DNA from: Candidatus Saccharimonadota bacterium
GTDB taxonomy: Bacteria; Pseudomonadota; Gammaproteobacteria; Burkholderiales; Burkholderiaceae
DNA length: 32,000 nucleotides
Reading direction: 5' to 3'
NCBI RefSeq assembly: GCF_964019745.1
Contig: NZ_OZ026462.1
Location: 150,001-182,000 of the forward strand
Made by a program: the position numbers and the translations under genes. Positions 28,316 through 32,000 of the stretch are shown in pieces. Within the stretch, counting starts at the first letter, position 1, and each line of letters begins with the position of its first letter. The notes below the pieces were generated by a model that saw only the letters and a program-made list of their open reading frames with translations, did no database searches and was not told the DNA's origin.

Positions 28316-28370
28316 ATATATATATATTTATATATTTTTTATTTATTTTTAATAATAAATTTTTATTTTT

Positions 28371-29972
28371 ATGAATATTAAATATTTTAAAAATGCATCT
28401 AGAAATAGCGTTTTTGCTAATCTATTAAAGGAATTTTTTTTAGAAAAAAATATAGTTTCTAAAGAAATTATACTTGTGAAAGTTATAGATATAGATAAAA
28501 ATTTTGTTATTGTTAATACAGATTTAAAATCAGAAGGATTTATTCCTATAAGTGAATTTAAAAATGATAGAGGGAAGATAGAAGTTATTATAGGAGATTT
28601 AGTTTTTGTAGTTGTAGAATCTTTAGAAAATGGTTTTGGTGATACTATTCTTTCGAGAGAAAAAGCTAAACGTTTATCTACTTGGTTATCTATGGAAAAA
28701 GCTTTAAAAACTCAAGAAGTTATTATTGGTACAATTATTGGTAAAGTTAAAGGTGGTTTAACTGTTTTATCAAATGGTTTACGTGCTTTTTTACCTGGTT
28801 CTTTAGTAGATATTAAACCTGTTAAAGATATTAGTTCTTTAGAAGGTAGATATTTAGAATTTAAAGTTATAAAATTAGATCGTGAAAGAAATAATGTTGT
28901 TTTATCTAGAAAAATTATAATTGAAAAAAATATAAATAAAGAAAGAATGAAAGTTGTAAAAACATTATTTAAAAATTCTGTAGTTGAAGGAATAGTTAAA
29001 AATATTACAGATTATGGAGTATTTATAGATTTAGGTGGTATTGATGGTTTATTACATATTACAGATTTAGCATGGCGTCGTATAAAACATCCATCGGAAA
29101 TATTAGTATTAGGTCAAAAAGTTTTAGTTAAAGTATTAAAATATGATAAAAATAAAAAAAAAGTTTCTTTAGGAATGAAACAATTAGAAAAAGATCCATG
29201 GAAAGGTTTATCTAAAAAATATCCTAAAGGTGTAAAAATGTTAGGAAAAGTTACAAATATCACAGATTATGGTGTTTTTTTAGAAATAGAACCAGGTATA
29301 GAAGGTTTAGTGCATATTTCAGAAATGAATTGGACAAATAAAAATGTTATCCCAAATAAATTTTTTTCTTTAGGTTCAAAAGTAAATTTTGTAATTTTAA
29401 ATATTGATGAAATACGTCGTCGTATTAGTTTAAGTGTAAAATATTGTTTACCAAATCCTTGGGAAGATTTTTTTATTAATTATAAAAAAGGGAGTAGAAT
29501 TATAGGAACTATTAAATCTATTTCAGATTTTGGGATTTTTGTTAAATTAACAAATAGATTAGATGGATTAATACATTTTTCTGATTTATCTTGGAGTTTT
29601 AAAAGAGCAAAAAAAATTTTATGTAAATTTAAAAAAGGTAATATTTTAACTACTATATTAATTTCTGTTGATATTAAAAGAGAAAAATTATCTTTAGGTT
29701 TAAAACAATTTTTTTTAAATCCATTTAAAGAATTTATTAAATTTAATAAGATTGGTTCTAGAGTATTAGGTGTAATAAAAAATTTTAATAATTATTTTAT
29801 AAATATTAAATTAATTGATAAAAATGTTTTTGGGGTTTTAAAAATAGTTGGTAATTATAAAATATTTTTAAAAAAAAAAAATATTTATATTGGAAAAAAA
29901 ATTTTTACTTTTATAATTAATTTTAATATTAAATCATGTTTATTAATTTTATCATTTAAAAAAAATAGTTAA
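28371..29972 (+). CDS. rpsA: 30S ribosomal protein S1
   Basis: 533 aa with repeated S1 (OB) domains. 'KGGLTVLSNGLRAFLPGSLVD', 'VEGIVKNITDYGVFIDLGGIDGLLHITDLAW', 'GKVTNITDYGVFLEIEPGIEGLVHISEM'. The last domain is degenerate. Confidence 0.95.
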   Translation: MNIKYFKNASRNSVFANLLKEFFLEKNIVSKEIILVKVIDIDKNFVIVNTDLKSEGFIPISEFKNDRGKIEVIIGDLVFVVVESLENGFGDTILSREKAKRLSTWLSMEKALKTQEVIIGTIIGKVKGGLTVLSNGLRAFLPGSLVDIKPVKDISSLEGRYLEFKVIKLDRERNNVVLSRKIIIEKNINKERMKVVKTLFKNSVVEGIVKNITDYGVFIDLGGIDGLLHITDLAWRRIKHPSEILVLGQKVLVKVLKYDKNKKKVSLGMKQLEKDPWKGLSKKYPKGVKMLGKVTNITDYGVFLEIEPGIEGLVHISEMNWTNKNVIPNKFFSLGSKVNFVILNIDEIRRRISLSVKYCLPNPWEDFFINYKKGSRIIGTIKSISDFGIFVKLTNRLDGLIHFSDLSWSFKRAKKILCKFKKGNILTTILISVDIKREKLSLGLKQFFLNPFKEFIKFNKIGSRVLGVIKNFNNYFINIKLIDKNVFGVLKIVGNYKIFLKKKNIYIGKKIFTFIINFNIKSCLLILSFKKNS

Positions 29973-29991
29973 TTTTATATATTAAAAAATT

Positions 29992-30306
29992 TTAAAAAGA
30001 CATATTATGTTTTAAATGATTCATAACCCATATTGATCCTAATATAATAATAAATATTATAATGTTAGTAAATATTAATGATAAAATAATCCAACCTTTT
30101 TCTGATTTTGAATTCATATGTAAAAAATATATCATATGTATGATAGTTTGTATTATTGCTAATAAAATTAAAATATTAATTATATTTTTTTTTTTAAAAA
30201 ATAATATTTTTTTATATAAAACTATAATACTTGAAAAAATTGTTAAAATTATTGATAATGTAAAGCCTATTAAATAATCTTTAAAATTTATTTTAAAATC
30301 TAACAT
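29992..30306 (-). CDS. cyoD: Cytochrome bo3 ubiquinol oxidase subunit IV
   Basis: 'YLIGFTLSIILTI' and 'IIQTIIHMIYFLHMNSKSEKGWIILSLIFT...GSIWVMNHL' align with E. coli CyoD 'YMTGFILSIILTV...[30 protein letters not shown]...GSIWIMWNL'. Confidence 0.9.
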   Translation of the reverse strand: MLDFKINFKDYLIGFTLSIILTIFSSIIVLYKKILFFKKKNIINILILLAIIQTIIHMIYFLHMNSKSEKGWIILSLIFTNIIIFIIILGSIWVMNHLKHNMSF

Positions 30307-30307
30307 T

Positions 30308-32000
30308 TTATAAGGTTCCTATTAAGTAAATGAAAGTAAAAATATTTATCCAAATAATATCTAAAAAGTGCCAGAACATTGATAAACATGTTAATCTTTG
30401 TTTATTTTTTTGTATCCCAAATTTTTTAATTTGAATTATTAATGTTAATATCCAAATAATACCAAAAATTATATGTATTCCATGAATTATAATAATAGTA
30501 AAAAATGATGTTAAAAATGCACTTTTTTGTGGTATAGCTCCTATTTTTATAAGTTTAAATATTTCATATGTTTCTAAACTTAAAAAAAGTATTCCTAATA
30601 TTGATGTAGTTTTTAACCAAAAAATTATGTTTTTAATATTATTTTTATTACTTTCAATCATAGATAAACCATATGTTAAAGAAGAAGTTAATAATATTAA
30701 TGTATTACATGTAACAAATTTTAAATTAAATAATTTATGCTTATTAAATATATTATGAGAATTATTTTTTAATATTGCATATGCAATAAATAAACAAGCA
30801 AAAATAATACAATCACTCATAATATATAACCAAAATCCTAATAATGTTCCATCATTTTCAGAATGTTGTGTTTTAATATTATATAATTTATTTAAAAAAA
30901 TATTTTTTTTAAAATTTATATTTTTTTTATTTTTTTTAAATTTATTTTCAATTTTAAAAATTTCTTTTGAATTTAAAATATAACTGTTTTTATAATTAAA
31001 AGAATATTTAATAATAATTATTAAATTAATTATAAATCCTATTATAGATAATATCCACATATTCCAAATTATACAAAATCCTATAAATGTACAAATAATA
31101 GAAATTATAAATCCTAATGAAGTTTTTTTAGGCATATGAATTGAATGATAATTTTTGTAATTTATATTTTTTTTTTGATTATTTTTTTTATTTTTTTTTT
31201 TTATATATATCCATATATCTTTTTTATTAATTTTAGGTATAAATGCAAAATTATATTTAGGTGGAGGTGAAATTGTTGACCATTCTAATGTTCTACCATT
31301 CCATGGATCACCTGTAAAATCTTTTAATAAATTTCTTTTTTTATAACTTACAAATAATTGTATTATAAAACAAATTATTCCTAATAATATTATTATTGCT
31401 CCTAAAGCTGCTATTAAAAACCATTTTTTTTTTGAATAATCATCGAAATGACTTATTCTTCTTGTAACTCCCATTAATCCTAAAATATATAATGGTGTAA
31501 ATGCTATATAAAATCCTATTAACCATAACCAAAAACTACAACGTCCCCAAAATTTATCTAATTTATAACCAAAAGCTTTAGGAAACCAATAATTAATACC
31601 AGCAAACATACCAAAAACTACACCACCTATAATTACATTATGAAAATGTGCTACTAAAAATAAACTATTATGTAAACTAAAATCTATTGGGGGTATTGAT
31701 AAAAGTATTCCTGCCATTCCACCTATTACAAATGTTGTCATAAATCCTATAGTCCATAACATAGGATTTTCAAATTTTATTTTACCTTTATACATTGTAA
31801 AAAGCCAATTAAATATTTTAGCACCAGTAGGAATTGATATAATCATAGTTGTTATTCCAAAAAAAGCATTTAAATTAGCACCAGAACCCATAGTAAAAAA
31901 ATGATGTAACCAAACTATATAAGATAAAATTGTTATTGATATAGTAGCATATACCATTGATTTATAACCAAATAAACTTTTACCACAAAATGTTGCAGTA
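30308..32000 (-). CDS. cyoB/cyoC: Cytochrome bo3 ubiquinol oxidase subunit I (C-terminal about 60%, truncated by the window edge) fused in frame to subunit III
   Basis: The frame stays open upstream of the track's ATG at 31957 as far as position 32000 (...TATFCGKKSLFGYKS-MVYATIS).

- CyoB part: 'WLHHFFTMGSGANLNAFFGITTMIISIPTGAKIFNW', 'LFLVAHFHNVIIGG', 'GDPWNGRTLEWSTISPPPKYNF', 'HMPKKT'.
- CyoC part: 'GFWLYIMSDCIIF...SAFLTSFF...HG.H...LSMFWHFLDIIWINIFTFIYLIGTL'.

No stop codon separates the two parts. Confidence 0.9.
   Translation of the reverse strand, partial: TATFCGKSLFGYKSMVYATISITILSYIVWLHHFFTMGSGANLNAFFGITTMIISIPTGAKIFNWLFTMYKGKIKFENPMLWTIGFMTTFVIGGMAGILLSIPPIDFSLHNSLFLVAHFHNVIIGGVVFGMFAGINYWFPKAFGYKLDKFWGRCSFWLWLIGFYIAFTPLYILGLMGVTRRISHFDDYSKKKWFLIAALGAIIILLGIICFIIQLFVSYKKRNLLKDFTGDPWNGRTLEWSTISPPPKYNFAFIPKINKKDIWIYIKKKNKKNNQKKNINYKNYHSIHMPKKTSLGFIISIICTFIGFCIIWNMWILSIIGFIINLIIIIKYSFNYKNSYILNSKEIFKIENKFKKNKKNINFKKNIFLNKLYNIKTQHSENDGTLLGFWLYIMSDCIIFACLFIAYAILKNNSHNIFNKHKLFNLKFVTCNTLILLTSSLTYGLSMIESNKNNIKNIIFWLKTTSILGILFLSLETYEIFKLIKIGAIPQKSAFLTSFFTIIIIHGIHIIFGIIWILTLIIQIKKFGIQKNKQRLTCLSMFWHFLDIIWINIFTFIYLIGTL

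Noticed and set aside
29973-29991. A possible bidirectional terminator hairpin (AATTTT...AAAATT) in the 19-bp spacer between the convergent rpsA and cyoD
   Set aside because: The inverted repeat is only 6 bp of pure A/T. Such pairs occur by chance throughout this genome, and there is no G/C-rich stem, so I did not annotate a terminator.

Overview
This window comes from an extremely A+T-rich, highly reduced bacterial genome. Almost the only G/C outside groESL and the tRNAs sits at constrained codon positions. GroEL, HslV ('[12 protein letters not shown]' leader) and Prs most resemble Burkholderiales-type Betaproteobacteria. Combined with the tiny intergenic spacers, this points to an obligate, probably insect nutritional, endosymbiont of the Zinderia type; I cannot verify the organism without a search.

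I support 32 protein-coding genes and 5 tRNAs:
- yqgE/algH (partial), a LOG/TIGR00730-family gene, glyA, hslVU, ribB, ribH, ftsY, rsmD, sbcB, trpG-trpD-trpC, groES-groEL and holB.
- A long minus-strand block: thrS-infC-rpmI-rplT-pheS-pheT-dadA-rhtB-family exporter.
- prs, rplY, aroA, rpsA, and the distal part of a cytochrome bo3 oxidase operon (cyoB...cyoC, cyoD).
- tRNAs Lys-UUU, Asn-GUU, a class-II Leu-UAA-like tRNA, Asp-GUC and Gln-UUG.

I see no mobile elements, CRISPR array, defence, toxin or secondary-metabolite genes, and no convincing novel multi-gene system. This is core housekeeping plus tryptophan, riboflavin and respiration content.

The observations most worth a second look:
1. 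An in-frame cyoB-cyoC fusion.
2. A 1.55-kb non-coding tract of about 97% A+T between hslU and ribB, including 292 consecutive bases with no G or C.
3. A structurally aberrant long-arm tRNA whose best-paired anticodon stem leaves an 8-nt loop.
4. A perfect 13-copy 9-mer tandem repeat.
5. dadA and an RhtB-family amino-acid exporter packed onto the end of the thrS-pheT operon.
6. Many 13-18 nt homopolymers inside essential genes.
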